Shown here: positions 51,388 through 61,520 of the stretch, piece after piece
Layout: the number at the start of each line of letters is the position of its first letter
Numbering within the stretch: the first letter of the stretch is position 1
Assembly: GCA_963756875.1 (NCBI GenBank)
Contig: CAVWPA010000003.1
Coordinates: 128,001 to 192,000, forward strand
Source: an uncultured Verrucomicrobiae bacterium
Lineage (GTDB): Bacteria; Verrucomicrobiota; Verrucomicrobiia; Chthoniobacterales; UBA10450
Direction of reading: 5' to 3'
Length of the DNA stretch: 64,000 bases
Notes under the pieces: model-generated
Told to the model about the DNA's origin: nothing
Databases searched by the model: none
Seen by the model: the letters and a program-made list of their open reading frames with translations, nothing else
Translations under genes and position numbers: made by a program

Positions 51388-51903
51388 ATGCGGATTTTGT
51401 TTCCCTTATTTCTGTTTGCTCTGACCGTTTCCGCCGCGCAGGCTGCCGAAGAATTGCTGCCACCTTTCGGTTTTCGTTGGAACGATCCAATGTCGCGAGT
51501 GGAAGCGGTGCTCAAGGGAGCCAAGGCCCATGTCGTTTCGCGCCAGAAAAAAGAGAACCGCGAAATCTGGACAGTCGAAGGCTTGGTCCATCCCGGTTTG
51601 AAGCGCACGCTTTTCACGTTCAAGGGGGGCGCGCTCTTCGGCGTAGAGTTGCAGTACGAATATCCAAACTGGACAATCGAAAGGTACAACGAGCGGATGG
51701 GAGAAATTCGCCGATACTTCGACGCCAAATACGGCATTGGGAAACTCGTCTCCCGCACGCGCGACACAGACACCGACGTCATTCAGACGCTGGTCGGTTA
51801 CCAGTGGATGATCGGCGCAACGATGCTGGAGCTGTTTTATTTCTCAGCGCAGCACGATTCGCTCATTTATCGGACGATTTCTGTCGATTACAAAGCATTG
51901 TAG
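51388..51903 (+). CDS. Hypothetical secreted protein
   Basis: Signal peptide MRILFPLFLFALTVSAAQA; about 171 aa. Confidence 0.7.
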   Translation: MRILFPLFLFALTVSAAQAAEELLPPFGFRWNDPMSRVEAVLKGAKAHVVSRQKKENREIWTVEGLVHPGLKRTLFTFKGGALFGVELQYEYPNWTIERYNERMGEIRRYFDAKYGIGKLVSRTRDTDTDVIQTLVGYQWMIGATMLELFYFSAQHDSLIYRTISVDYKAL

Positions 51904-52238
51904 CGCTGCTACTCTCCCGTAGCCGCTTCGCTCTGCGAAGCCCGACACCGGGCGCGTCGGCTGCCCACGCGTCGCGCCGCCCGGAGGTCGGCGTCCCGCT
52001 GGCCGACACTCTGGCCGGCCAACGAATCCTCGTTTCCTTCCGCGACCAGCCAATTGTAGGGCGTTGATTCGCTTTTTCCCAAAAAGCTCGCCCTGTCGGG
52101 CCTTCCCGTCTATGTCGCTCGCGTCCCTGCGGCTCCATTCTGCGAGACGCCATCTGCGCTAAACCGGCGACTGACACAGTCGCCCTACAAAGTCTGCATT
52201 GAACGTCTTCCAAGTAAGCGATCAGGCGGAGGCGACCT

Positions 52239-52835
52239 CTACAGTGTCGTCTCGCCAACGAGCGATTCCCGATGTTTGACCCCGCGCTGCGTTTCCTTTT
52301 GCAACCGTTTCAACCGGCTCGAAAGCGCCGCTTTCGCCGCCGAGCTCATCCGATCAATAAAAAGAATCCCATTGAGATGATCGATTTCATGCTGAACGGC
52401 GCGCCCCAGCAGACCGCTCGCCTCCACATCGATCGTGTTGCCCTGCAGATCCTGCGATCGCAAAGCGACCAACTCGGCCCGCTCGATCTCGCCGGTGATT
52501 TCCGGAAAGCTCAGGCAACCTTCCGTTCCCACCTCGGTTGTGCTGCCCAACTTGATCTCGGGATTAATCAGAATGAGAGGCATCGCACTCTTCGGATCGA
52601 TTTCCTGGCCGTTCAGTTTCATCGTGCTTGGCTGATTCTCCGCCTGCGACACGTCGATCACGGTCAATTGAAGCGCTTCGCCGATCTGCTGCGCTGCGAG
52701 TCCAACCCCATGCGCTGCATGCATCGTTTCAATCATGCTCTCAGCCAGTGCTCGAATGCGGTCGCCAATTTTGTCCACGCGTTTGCCTTTCGCGCGCAGA
52801 ATCGGATCGCCATATTGCCGGATTGATAATTTCAC
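52239..52835 (-). CDS. def: Peptide deformylase
   Basis: GVGLAA.Q, EGCLS, QHEIDHL.G. Confidence 0.96.
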   Translation of the reverse strand: MKLSIRQYGDPILRAKGKRVDKIGDRIRALAESMIETMHAAHGVGLAAQQIGEALQLTVIDVSQAENQPSTMKLNGQEIDPKSAMPLILINPEIKLGSTTEVGTEGCLSFPEITGEIERAELVALRSQDLQGNTIDVEASGLLGRAVQHEIDHLNGILFIDRMSSAAKAALSSRLKRLQKETQRGVKHRESLVGETTL

Positions 52836-53239
52836 TTTTCCTCGCGCGTGAAGGCCGGCAGATTTTTAACGCCGGCCAGTTTCAACGCGTCCATCACTTT
52901 GATGATTATACCGAAGGAGGCCTTCTTGTCGGCCTGCAGGGCAATCGACGATCTTTTGGTCGGGGGAAGATTGCGCACAGCCTTTTCAAGGTCATTCACG
53001 TCGATTGGCTGAGAGTCGAGTTCGATGTTGTCACTTTTGTCCACCGTAACAATGGAATGTTCGACTTCCGACGGTTTCTTGGTCGCTGTTTTCGCTTCCG
53101 GAAGATTAATTTGTACTTCCGGCTGGTCGCGCTTGAACGTGGTCGAGACGACGAAAAAGATGAGCAATATCGTCAAGATATCGACCAGCGACACGATGAT
53201 AATCGAAGGAGCGCGCTTTTTTTTAACCGCGAATTTCAT
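52832..53239 (-). CDS. exbD: Biopolymer transport protein ExbD/TolR
   Basis: SLVDI..ILLIFF, INLP, LQADK. Confidence 0.88.
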   Translation of the reverse strand: MKFAVKKKRAPSIIIVSLVDILTILLIFFVVSTTFKRDQPEVQINLPEAKTATKKPSEVEHSIVTVDKSDNIELDSQPIDVNDLEKAVRNLPPTKRSSIALQADKKASFGIIIKVMDALKLAGVKNLPAFTREEK

Positions 53240-53261
53240 GGCCCGGAGTTGAAAACGTGCC

Positions 53262-53948
53262 TCAGGCGGCCGGCGCGCGCGCCGGCGTCACCTGCCTCGA
53301 AATCGGCACTTCGCCGGCAAAGCGGCCATAGTAGCATTTCGATAAAAGATCGGTAACGAGCGATTCCATTTCGACGGAGAGGACCTCGACTTTTTTGGAA
53401 AAGTAAACGAAAGCGATCAAACTCGGCACCGCAATTCCCAATCCGAACACGGTGCAATTCAACGCTTCCGAAATTCCGAGGGCAATCCGCTTCGCGTCGG
53501 CGGCTCCCGAACTCAACCCGAGGCTGGCAAACACGTGCACGAGACCGGAAACAGTGCCGATCAAGCCAATTAATGGAGCAATGCCGATAATGACTTCCAG
53601 AACGACCAGGCCGCGCTCCAAGCGCACCATCTCGTGACGCGCACGCGTTTGCACCACATCCACATTTTCCGAGCGGGGCCAGCGCAAATGCGCCAGCGCC
53701 ACGCGCACGATCCTGGACAGGGAGGATGGATCATGATGAACCATGCGGGCGAGCCGTTCGGGACTCGTACCCGGGGCCAGCCGTTCCATCTCGCTCTCGA
53801 TCGTTAAAGGCAGCACGTTTTTTTCCCGCAACGCGAGGGTGCGCAGAATGATTGTGGTGAGCGAGACAATCGAGCATGCAAGCAGCGGCCACATGAAGAC
53901 CCCGCCCTTCGCAAAGAATCCCGTGATGGTTTGAAAGACGTCCGTCAT
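53262..53948 (-). CDS. exbB: MotA/TolQ/ExbB proton channel
   Basis: GG.FMWPL, APLIGLIGTV.G, GISEAL..T.FGL. Confidence 0.88.
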   Translation of the reverse strand: MTDVFQTITGFFAKGGVFMWPLLACSIVSLTTIILRTLALREKNVLPLTIESEMERLAPGTSPERLARMVHHDPSSLSRIVRVALAHLRWPRSENVDVVQTRARHEMVRLERGLVVLEVIIGIAPLIGLIGTVSGLVHVFASLGLSSGAADAKRIALGISEALNCTVFGLGIAVPSLIAFVYFSKKVEVLSVEMESLVTDLLSKCYYGRFAGEVPISRQVTPARAPAA

Positions 53949-53959
53949 ATCAGCGGTTA

Positions 53960-54940
53960 TCAGTTGGCGAAGATGGTGAATGGAATATCCACTTCCAAGC
54001 CTTGGGAAGGCAAGGTGGCAGCGAGGTCCTCGGACATAGGGGGCAACTTTGCCTCCTGAACTGATTGGATACAAACGTTCGCAAACGCTTCATTCGAAGT
54101 ATTCCCGATGACCCTGAGATCCTTCACGTTCCCGCTGCGATCGACCCGAAAGACCAGTCGCGCGGTTCCGATGCTGATCAGGTCCCTGGACCGTTCGACG
54201 TGGGAGTACCACCGCGAGCCGATTGCATCAAAGAGCCATTTTTGATAACGGCCGAGCGGCGTCCCGATCGCATTCACCCTGGCGATCCCACGGGTCGTGA
54301 TCGAACCGGATAAACGGGTTTGTTCTTTCATTGCGCGGTAGGCCGATTTTGCTCGTTGCGGTGTGGCCGCAGCAGTGGGCTGAACCGTCGGTGTTGGCTT
54401 TGACGTTAACATCGCAAACTCGTCTTCTTTAGTAACGGGTGTGGGCTGCGGCGTCGGTGCGACAGAAGGCTCTGGCGTGGACTTCGGTGCAACGCTCGGT
54501 TGCGGCTGCGCGGCCTGGCTCGCCAACGAGTATTGATGATTTTCCAGATCCACCGAGGGCCGATCCTTACCCTGCTGCGAGGGCAACGGCATGCTTCCCG
54601 TCGCCGGAAGCTGGCTCGCGCCGATCGAATTGGCGTTCGATTCAAAGGTCCTGTCCTTCGGTGCTTGGGCGGATTGTTTCGATTCGTCCGTCTCCATGAA
54701 CATCGAATTCTTGGGAACGACCGACGCCGGCGTGGCCAGATCGACAAACGTCAGTTGCATCGGCTTGTCTTCGACGGAAATCGGAGACGAAAAAAGGCCG
54801 CTCGATATGGCGAGCGAGTAGGCGATCACCAGGTGAATGAGCAGCGCGGCCAGGAACGCCCAGAAAACCTTGCGGGCCTCTTGCTTCCTGTCCGCCGCAT
54901 CGTCCGCCGAATGACCGAGTATGAATTCCGACGTCGTCAT
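53960..54940 (-). CDS. TonB/TolA-like energy transducer
   Basis: Single TM with His (ALLIHL), Pro-rich linker, TonB_C-like C-terminus; upstream of exbBD. Confidence 0.75.
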   Translation of the reverse strand: MTTSEFILGHSADDAADRKQEARKVFWAFLAALLIHLVIAYSLAISSGLFSSPISVEDKPMQLTFVDLATPASVVPKNSMFMETDESKQSAQAPKDRTFESNANSIGASQLPATGSMPLPSQQGKDRPSVDLENHQYSLASQAAQPQPSVAPKSTPEPSVAPTPQPTPVTKEDEFAMLTSKPTPTVQPTAAATPQRAKSAYRAMKEQTRLSGSITTRGIARVNAIGTPLGRYQKWLFDAIGSRWYSHVERSRDLISIGTARLVFRVDRSGNVKDLRVIGNTSNEAFANVCIQSVQEAKLPPMSEDLAATLPSQGLEVDIPFTIFAN

Positions 54941-55944
54941 GAACTCAGAGGGCCAACATTATCGCAGGCGCGAGGCGCTGACAAATTGCGCTCTGCCGGC
55001 CGGACACGCGCCGCCGGGACCACGTCCGAAGTCTTTGGGCGCCGGCCGGATTTCCGCGATGCTGTTCGTGCGTAGTGAAACAAGTATTGCTGCGCATAAC
55101 CCCCGTGCTCGCCGAAGTGTCTTTGTGTGAACACCTTCAGCCGCGCCGCGTTCAATCTTCGGGCGCGTGGAAAGTATTTTTCACGCAGGACGCGCTCGAT
55201 CCAGACGTCGATCGGGAAGGCGCGCAGGCGTTCATAGGCAAAAAGCATCACACAATCAGCAACCTTCGCGCCTGCGCCAGGGCACTCGCAAAGGCGCGCC
55301 CGCAGGTCGCCATCGGGAAGCCCGGCCAGTTCGTCGAGGTCGATCTCGCCTGAGCTGACAAGACGCGCGGTGGCGAGCAGATTCTTGGCACGATAACCTA
55401 GCGCGCATTCGCGCAGTTCCGCTTCGGAGGCCTGTCCGATCCGTTTCGCGGTTGGAAAAACGTAGAGATCTGCATCGCCCAATTTCTTGCGGATACCGAA
55501 TTTTCGCCGCAACGCATGCGAGATCTGTCGGATATGGGCAACCTGTTTCATCGAAGAGCAAATAAATGTGGCGAGACATTCCCAGCGCGGCTGCCGGATA
55601 ATTCGAACCCCGCGACAAAAGTCTCGCGCGGCGTTCATCACCGGATCGTCGGGAAACGAAGCGCAAATTTGAGCGAGCGGATGGTCCAGCGCGAAATAAT
55701 TCGCGATTGTGGCATGGGCATCCTGCCCATATCCACTGGCCTCCGGCTCGTAAGAACCTACGGCTCGGAGAGAAGCCGATGCCATTTTCGCCAGCAGTAA
55801 ATCGCCGCGCTGCTCCACGTAAACCGGCCGGTCACCGATCGTCCCCAAGAATCGATCGCCGGCTTTCTCCCAATGAAAGACCTGGCCGGAATCGAGCGTC
55901 TTGGCCAGATCGAAATCGGGTGCCGGGATTCTTGTGAATGTCAT
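54937..55944 (-). CDS. 8-oxoguanine DNA glycosylase (OGG1-like)
   Basis: TLDSGQ.F.W, LGYRA, HhH G.G.KVADC, FPIDVW, GYAQQYLF. Confidence 0.88.
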   Translation of the reverse strand: MTFTRIPAPDFDLAKTLDSGQVFHWEKAGDRFLGTIGDRPVYVEQRGDLLLAKMASASLRAVGSYEPEASGYGQDAHATIANYFALDHPLAQICASFPDDPVMNAARDFCRGVRIIRQPRWECLATFICSSMKQVAHIRQISHALRRKFGIRKKLGDADLYVFPTAKRIGQASEAELRECALGYRAKNLLATARLVSSGEIDLDELAGLPDGDLRARLCECPGAGAKVADCVMLFAYERLRAFPIDVWIERVLREKYFPRARRLNAARLKVFTQRHFGEHGGYAQQYLFHYARTASRKSGRRPKTSDVVPAARVRPAERNLSAPRACDNVGPLSS

Positions 55945-55969
55945 TGGATCGCGAACCGCACACAATAAG

Positions 55970-56097
55970 CTCCAAATTCCAAGCTCCAACATCCAGAGAA
56001 ACCTCAAACTCCAATAGCCAAACGATGTGCGTTGGATTTTTTTGGACCTTGATGATTGAAGCTTCCCTGGAGCTTGAATGTTGGAATTTGGAATTTC
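55970..56097. repeat. Heptamer-periodic palindrome (TCCAAAT / ATTTGGA units)
   Basis: tccaaattccaagctccaacatcca ... ggagcttgaatgttggaatttggaattt; related array near 24241-24262. Confidence 0.75.
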
Positions 56098-56131
56098 CTA
56101 TCGCTCCATCTGTGGCTAAGTAGGTGCCGGC

Positions 56132-57733
56132 ATGGACGCCAAACTGGCAATCGATAGCGGAGTTCTTCTTCTCTACTTCTTTGTCATCATCGGGATTGGC
56201 CTTTTCATGGGGCGAAAGGAGGAGAGTCTCGCCGACTTCGCCCTTGGCGCCCGTCAAATCCCGTGGTGGGCCGTGCTCGCCTCGATCATCGCCGCGGAAA
56301 CCAGCGCAGGAACATTCTTCGGCACGCCGGGCGAAGGTTTTGCTCTTCGCAATTACACGTACATCCAGCTTGCATTTGGCACGATCCTCGCGCGCATCCT
56401 GGTCAGCTACATTTTCATCAAGCCGTACTACGATTACAAAGTTTACTCGATATACGAATACCTCACCGCGCGTTTCGGCGTCGGAACCAAGAACGCAGCC
56501 TCTTCTGTTTTCATGATTACGCGGTTGCTCGCGTCGGGAGCGCGTTTGTACGTGGCAGCCATCGCGCTAGCCCTTGCCTATGAAATGATCCGCGGCGTGC
56601 GGCCCGGTCAAACGGAGACTCTTCTTATTTATATCGGTTCCACAGTGGCCATCGTCATTCTGACCGCGATTTACACAACGCTGGGCGGAATCAAGGCGGT
56701 CATCTGGACGGACCTGATCCAGGCTTCGATCATGATGGGCAGCGCTCTCATTGCGCTCGGCCTGCTTTATTCGGCCATTCCCGGCGGGTTCCATAAGATC
56801 GCCGCGCTGCATGGTGGATTTCATTTGTCGGACTTCATCACGACCGGACTCAACCCGGCGAAACATGGCTGGGACAAGATCAAAGGGATGTTTGCGATGG
56901 AATACACCATTTTCGCGGGACTGATCGGATCGACCTTCATCACCATGGCCACGCACGGCACCGACCAGGACATGGTGCAACGGATGCTGACCGCGCCGGA
57001 CATTCGCCGGAGCCGCCGTTCGCTCATCCTTTCCGGTCTCGCCGACATCCCGATCGCGCTCACCTTCCTCAGCATCGGGTTGTTGCTCTGGGTTTATTAC
57101 CAGGTTCACCCAGACCCGACATTGTCGAAAACACCTAACGAGACGTTCTGCCATTACATTCTTTACGAAATGCCGGTCGGGCTGCGCGGCCTCCTGATCG
57201 CGGGAATTTTCGCTACCACCATGGGATCGCTCAGCACGGCGCTCAACGCACTGGCCACAAGTTTCACCCGCGACTGGTACCAGATTTATATCAATCGCCA
57301 GCCAACCGAAAAACAAAGCCTGCGGGCCGTGCGTTGGGCCACGGTCTGGTTCGCGTTTCTCATGATCGTTGTTGCATCGGGCACCTCATATTTGGTCATC
57401 GTTCATCCGAATGTGCGCATTATTCCCATCGTGCTCGGCATTTTCGGCTACACCTACGGCTCGCTGCTGGGCGTGTTTCTCTGCGGCATGTTTACCAAAC
57501 GACGCGGGAGCAATCGCGGCAACGTCATCGCCATGGTCGCCGGTTTCATCGTGGTCGCGATCTTGAGCGGCCTGCCCAATAACATTGCCGGAATGTTCGA
57601 CGCCGTCGCTTACAAGCAGCCAGCCTGGCTTCCGCTCATGGAATTTCCGTGGTGGATCTGCTTCGGAACCATCGTCACTTTTTGTGTGGCGATTTTGTTT
57701 CCGACCGGCCGCGAGCATCACCCGCCAGCTTGA
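56132..57733 (+). CDS. Sodium:solute symporter
   Basis: PWWA..SI.AAETS, GGIKAVIWTD.IQ, GTDQDMVQR. Confidence 0.9.
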   Translation: MDAKLAIDSGVLLLYFFVIIGIGLFMGRKEESLADFALGARQIPWWAVLASIIAAETSAGTFFGTPGEGFALRNYTYIQLAFGTILARILVSYIFIKPYYDYKVYSIYEYLTARFGVGTKNAASSVFMITRLLASGARLYVAAIALALAYEMIRGVRPGQTETLLIYIGSTVAIVILTAIYTTLGGIKAVIWTDLIQASIMMGSALIALGLLYSAIPGGFHKIAALHGGFHLSDFITTGLNPAKHGWDKIKGMFAMEYTIFAGLIGSTFITMATHGTDQDMVQRMLTAPDIRRSRRSLILSGLADIPIALTFLSIGLLLWVYYQVHPDPTLSKTPNETFCHYILYEMPVGLRGLLIAGIFATTMGSLSTALNALATSFTRDWYQIYINRQPTEKQSLRAVRWATVWFAFLMIVVASGTSYLVIVHPNVRIIPIVLGIFGYTYGSLLGVFLCGMFTKRRGSNRGNVIAMVAGFIVVAILSGLPNNIAGMFDAVAYKQPAWLPLMEFPWWICFGTIVTFCVAILFPTGREHHPPA

Positions 57734-59495
57734 TTCCTAGTTCGCGCAATTGGCGGGGATCGACGTCGGCCGGTGATTGCGTCATCAAATCCATGCCGCG
57801 GTTATTTTTCGGGAACGCCATCACCTCGCGGATCGATTGCTCGCCGCAAATGAGCATCACCAGGCGATCGAGACCGAGTGCAATGCCGCCATGTGGCGGC
57901 GCGCCGAGCCGAAGCGCGCGCAATAAATGGCCGAATAACGATTCTTGGGCCTGCGGGCCGACGCCGAGCACTTCGAACATTTTCGCCTGCAACTGTGGCT
58001 CGTGAATTCGAATACTGCCGCCGCCGATCTCCACGCCGTTCAACACGACGTCGTATGCCTCCGCGCGAACTTCGGAAAGCTTTTTCGCCTCGAGCAACGG
58101 AATGTCTTCCCCTTTCGGTCGCGTAAACGGATGGTGCATCGCGTTCCATTTGTTTTCCTCCGCGCTCCATTGCAGCAGCGGAAAATCGGTTACCCAAAGA
58201 AAATCCCAGTCCGAGCCGGACGGGCGGTTAGCAGAAGTGCCAAGCAAATCCTGGATTTCGGCGATGCGCAGGCGAATTCGACCGAGGACTTCGCACGCGA
58301 TCTCCCACTTGTCGGCCCCGAAGAAAACGCAATCGCCCTCCTCGATTTTCAGTTTCGATTGTAGCGCGGTTTTCTCGGCGTCGGAGAAAAATTTCACGAT
58401 CGGCGATTTCCATTCGCCGCCCTCGATCTTTATGAATGCAAGTCCCTTGGCGCCAAAGGTCTTCGCGATTTCAGTCAGCTCGTCGGCCTGTCCAATGGTG
58501 ATACCCGCAAAGCCTTTCGCATTGATCGCCTTCACCACGCCGCCGGCGTCGATCGCGCCGCGGAAAACCTTGAAGCTGCTGGATCGAAAATCGTCGCTCA
58601 GGTCGGCCAGTTCGATTCCGAATCGGCGGTCCGGCTTATCGCTGCCGAATCGGCCGACCGCTTCGCGATACGTTAGCCGGTCGAACGGCGTTTTGACATC
58701 GATGTTCAGCGCAGCCTTGAAAATCGCCGCCAACATCCCTTCGGTAAGCGCAAAGATGTCGTCCGGAGTTACGAATGAGGCTTCGATATCGATCTGGCTG
58801 AATTCCGGCTGCCGATCGGCGCGCAGATCCTCGTCGCGGAAACACTTCGCGATCTGAAAGTATTTTTCGACGCCACCGACCATCAGCAACTGTTTGTATT
58901 GCTGTGGCGCCTGTGGCAGGGCGTAAAATTTTCCGGGAGCCAACCGGCTCGGCACCAGAAAATCGCGGGCGCCTTCCGGCGTGCTCTTCGAGAGGATCGG
59001 CGTCTCGATTTCCACGTAGCCCTGGTCGTCGAGATAATCGCGCGCTGCTTTCGCGACCCGATGCCGCGAGCGGAGATTTTGCGCCAGCCGGGGCCGGCGC
59101 AAATCGAAATAGCGATAGGTCAACCGCAGATCTTCGTTGTGAATCTCCGCGTCGATCGGAAACGGCAGATCATCGGCCCGATTTAGAATGCGCAGCTCCT
59201 TTGGAATGACTTCGACATCGCCGGTGGCAAGCTTCGGGTTCTCCGTTCCCGGCAACCGCGCGGCGACGCGTCCCGTAACCTGAATGACATCTTCGCTTCG
59301 GAGCGTGTGCGCTTGTTTGGCGACCTTAGCGTCTTCTTCCGGACGAAAAACGACCTGCGTAAGGCCTTCACGGTCGCGCAGATCGATAAAGATGACGCCG
59401 CCGTGGTCGCGCGAGACGTGCACCCAGCCGGCAAGCGTCACCTGCTTGCCGATGTCGCCTTTACGAAGTGAATTGCAATTATGCGTGCGATACAT
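57675..59495 (-). CDS. aspS: Aspartate--tRNA ligase
   Basis: MYRTH, RDHGG..FIDLRD, FRDEDLRADRQPEF, PPHGG.A.GLDR. Confidence 0.97.
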   Translation of the reverse strand: MYRTHNCNSLRKGDIGKQVTLAGWVHVSRDHGGVIFIDLRDREGLTQVVFRPEEDAKVAKQAHTLRSEDVIQVTGRVAARLPGTENPKLATGDVEVIPKELRILNRADDLPFPIDAEIHNEDLRLTYRYFDLRRPRLAQNLRSRHRVAKAARDYLDDQGYVEIETPILSKSTPEGARDFLVPSRLAPGKFYALPQAPQQYKQLLMVGGVEKYFQIAKCFRDEDLRADRQPEFSQIDIEASFVTPDDIFALTEGMLAAIFKAALNIDVKTPFDRLTYREAVGRFGSDKPDRRFGIELADLSDDFRSSSFKVFRGAIDAGGVVKAINAKGFAGITIGQADELTEIAKTFGAKGLAFIKIEGGEWKSPIVKFFSDAEKTALQSKLKIEEGDCVFFGADKWEIACEVLGRIRLRIAEIQDLLGTSANRPSGSDWDFLWVTDFPLLQWSAEENKWNAMHHPFTRPKGEDIPLLEAKKLSEVRAEAYDVVLNGVEIGGGSIRIHEPQLQAKMFEVLGVGPQAQESLFGHLLRALRLGAPPHGGIALGLDRLVMLICGEQSIREVMAFPKNNRGMDLMTQSPADVDPRQLRELGIKLAGDARGRSETKSPHKK

Positions 59496-59566
59496 GACCG
59501 GCCCAAAAGTAGCGTGTCATTCTGAGCGAAGCGAAGAATCTCGCAAGCGATTAGGTAGAGACGGAT

Positions 59567-59699
59567 CTGGGGAGCACAGGCTACCAGTCCGCCACCGGAC
59601 GGACTCGCCGTGGTGAGCCTGTTCTTTTCGGCAGCTTGCCGAAAAAGATGTCGTCGGCAAGCTGCCGACGACTGCAGGCAGGCTGCCTGCGCTCCCCAG
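59567..59699. repeat. Long palindromic repeat with a nested 30-bp insert
   Basis: Arms ctggggagc..tcggcagcttgccga and tcggcaagctgccga..gctccccag; insert at 59588-59617. Confidence 0.8.
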
Positions 59700-59712
59700 A
59701 AACGATGCAATC

Positions 59713-60954
59713 CTACCGCAGCGCCGATTCAACGCTGCGGACCAGATCATCTTTGCTCACCAATTTCTGCTCGCCGGAGCGAAGATCTTTGACTGCGACC
59801 TGCGGCCATTCGTCGCCATAAAGAAGCGCAAGCGATGCGCCCAAATCTTCGGCACTTTGAAATTGTTTGCCTACTTTTGCAGGCGCGAACGGATAATCGA
59901 CGCGCAAACCCCGGTCGCGCAGTTGTTGAATCGACGCCAGCGCATCGGCGCGGCGTTCTTCCTTCGCGATCACGATGTAGACGTCGATCTTGCGCCCGGC
60001 CGCGACCGCTTTTTGCATTGCTTGATGGGCAGGCGCCGTCTCCTTGATCAACTCGCCGAGAACGACGTCGCCCATGGCAAACCCGAGAGCCGGCATCGAA
60101 ACCGCCGCATCGCTCAACTGCGCGACCAGGTTGTCGTAACGTCCGCCGCCGGCGAGAGCCCGCAGCTTGCCGGCGCGATCGAACACTTCGAAGACCATGC
60201 CCGTGTAATAAGCGAGGCCACGCACGATCCGCACATCGACATCGACGAATTGAGCCAGCCCGCGCGTCCGCAAGCCGTCGACCAGCCGATCGAGCTTTTC
60301 GTTGCTGCCGCCGGCGCTAAAAATCTCAAACACCGAGTCAGCGAGTTTTCCGAGCTTCGCCGCTGTCTTGTCGCGCGTTTCACGCTCCGATTTATCGATT
60401 ACGTGCAGCAATTCTTCCCAGCGCTCAGGGGGAACGCTCTTCGCGCGCAGAAAATCGGTCCAAAACGCGCGATCGCTCACCCGCACAACAAAATCCTTCT
60501 CCGTCAGTCCGAATGCACGCAGGACGTCAATGCAAAGCGCGACCAGATCGATATCGGCATTCGGCGAGTCTTCGCCGATGATGTCGCAGTTTAGCTGAAA
60601 ATGTTCGCGCAGCCGGCCGCGCTGTTGTTTTTCATAGCGGAAGAATTGACCGATCGAGAACCACTTGAGCGGTTTCTTAAATTCTCGTTCGTGGGCGGCG
60701 ACCACCCGGGCCAGCGTTGGGGTTAGTTCTGGCCGCAGCGCGACTTCGCGCTCGCCTTTGTCGGCGAAATTGAAAAGTTGATCGACAATTTCGGCACCGC
60801 TTTTCTTTCGGTAAAGATCGGTCGGCTCGAGGACCGGGCCCTCCCATTCGACGAAGCCGTAGCGTCGCGCCACCTCGCGCCACCTCCCAAAAATGTAGTT
60901 CCGCGCCGCACAATCGCTCGGCAAAAAATCGCGAAAACCAGGCAGAGCCTGCAT
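59713..60954 (-). CDS. hisS: Histidine--tRNA ligase
   Basis: LRPELT, FRYE..Q.GR.REH.Q, RGLAYYTG, GGGRYD. Confidence 0.96.
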   Translation of the reverse strand: MQALPGFRDFLPSDCAARNYIFGRWREVARRYGFVEWEGPVLEPTDLYRKKSGAEIVDQLFNFADKGEREVALRPELTPTLARVVAAHEREFKKPLKWFSIGQFFRYEKQQRGRLREHFQLNCDIIGEDSPNADIDLVALCIDVLRAFGLTEKDFVVRVSDRAFWTDFLRAKSVPPERWEELLHVIDKSERETRDKTAAKLGKLADSVFEIFSAGGSNEKLDRLVDGLRTRGLAQFVDVDVRIVRGLAYYTGMVFEVFDRAGKLRALAGGGRYDNLVAQLSDAAVSMPALGFAMGDVVLGELIKETAPAHQAMQKAVAAGRKIDVYIVIAKEERRADALASIQQLRDRGLRVDYPFAPAKVGKQFQSAEDLGASLALLYGDEWPQVAVKDLRSGEQKLVSKDDLVRSVESALR

Positions 60955-61105
60955 TAAATTCCTCCCTTCGGCAGGCCCCAGTTGGCGATACAACCGTTCA
61001 CCGCGCGATTTGCGAAATCTATTTGGAATCGAACAAAATTCGGTCCAGGGAGGTCAAATATCTTCATAACGAGCAACATCCGCTAAGCAAAGCAGAGAGG
61101 GAATT

Positions 61106-61486
61106 ATGAAACAAACCAGATTAGTTAAAATATTGGCCGCGGTTTTTGCGATGACGCTGGGCACGGCAGTCGCGCAACAGACCAGGACCTTCGATTCGAG
61201 TACAGTCAGCGACACAGGGACAATCACAGCTTACGCGCCTGGTTCGGATTACATCGCCTTCCTGTCCGACATGGATACGGCGCCGGAGCGGTATTACCTC
61301 ACGAAGAACACGACCATTCTTGATCCGGGAGGTCGCGTTGTCACCTGGTCGGCGATTCGGCCCGATATGCCGGCGATCGTCTATCATGAAAAGCAAGGCG
61401 ATCGCGTGATCGTGCGCAAAATCCTGCTGCGCAGACCGGGAACAGCCTACGAGAGGACAACGACGACTACGACAAAGCAGCCTTAG
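61106..61486 (+). CDS. Hypothetical secreted protein
   Basis: Signal peptide, AGAGAGG-like RBS, poly-Thr C-terminus. Confidence 0.7.
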   Translation: MKQTRLVKILAAVFAMTLGTAVAQQTRTFDSSTVSDTGTITAYAPGSDYIAFLSDMDTAPERYYLTKNTTILDPGGRVVTWSAIRPDMPAIVYHEKQGDRVIVRKILLRRPGTAYERTTTTTTKQP

Positions 61487-61520
61487 GGCTGAACGAGTCA
61501 GACCTGTTGGTCTTAAAGAA

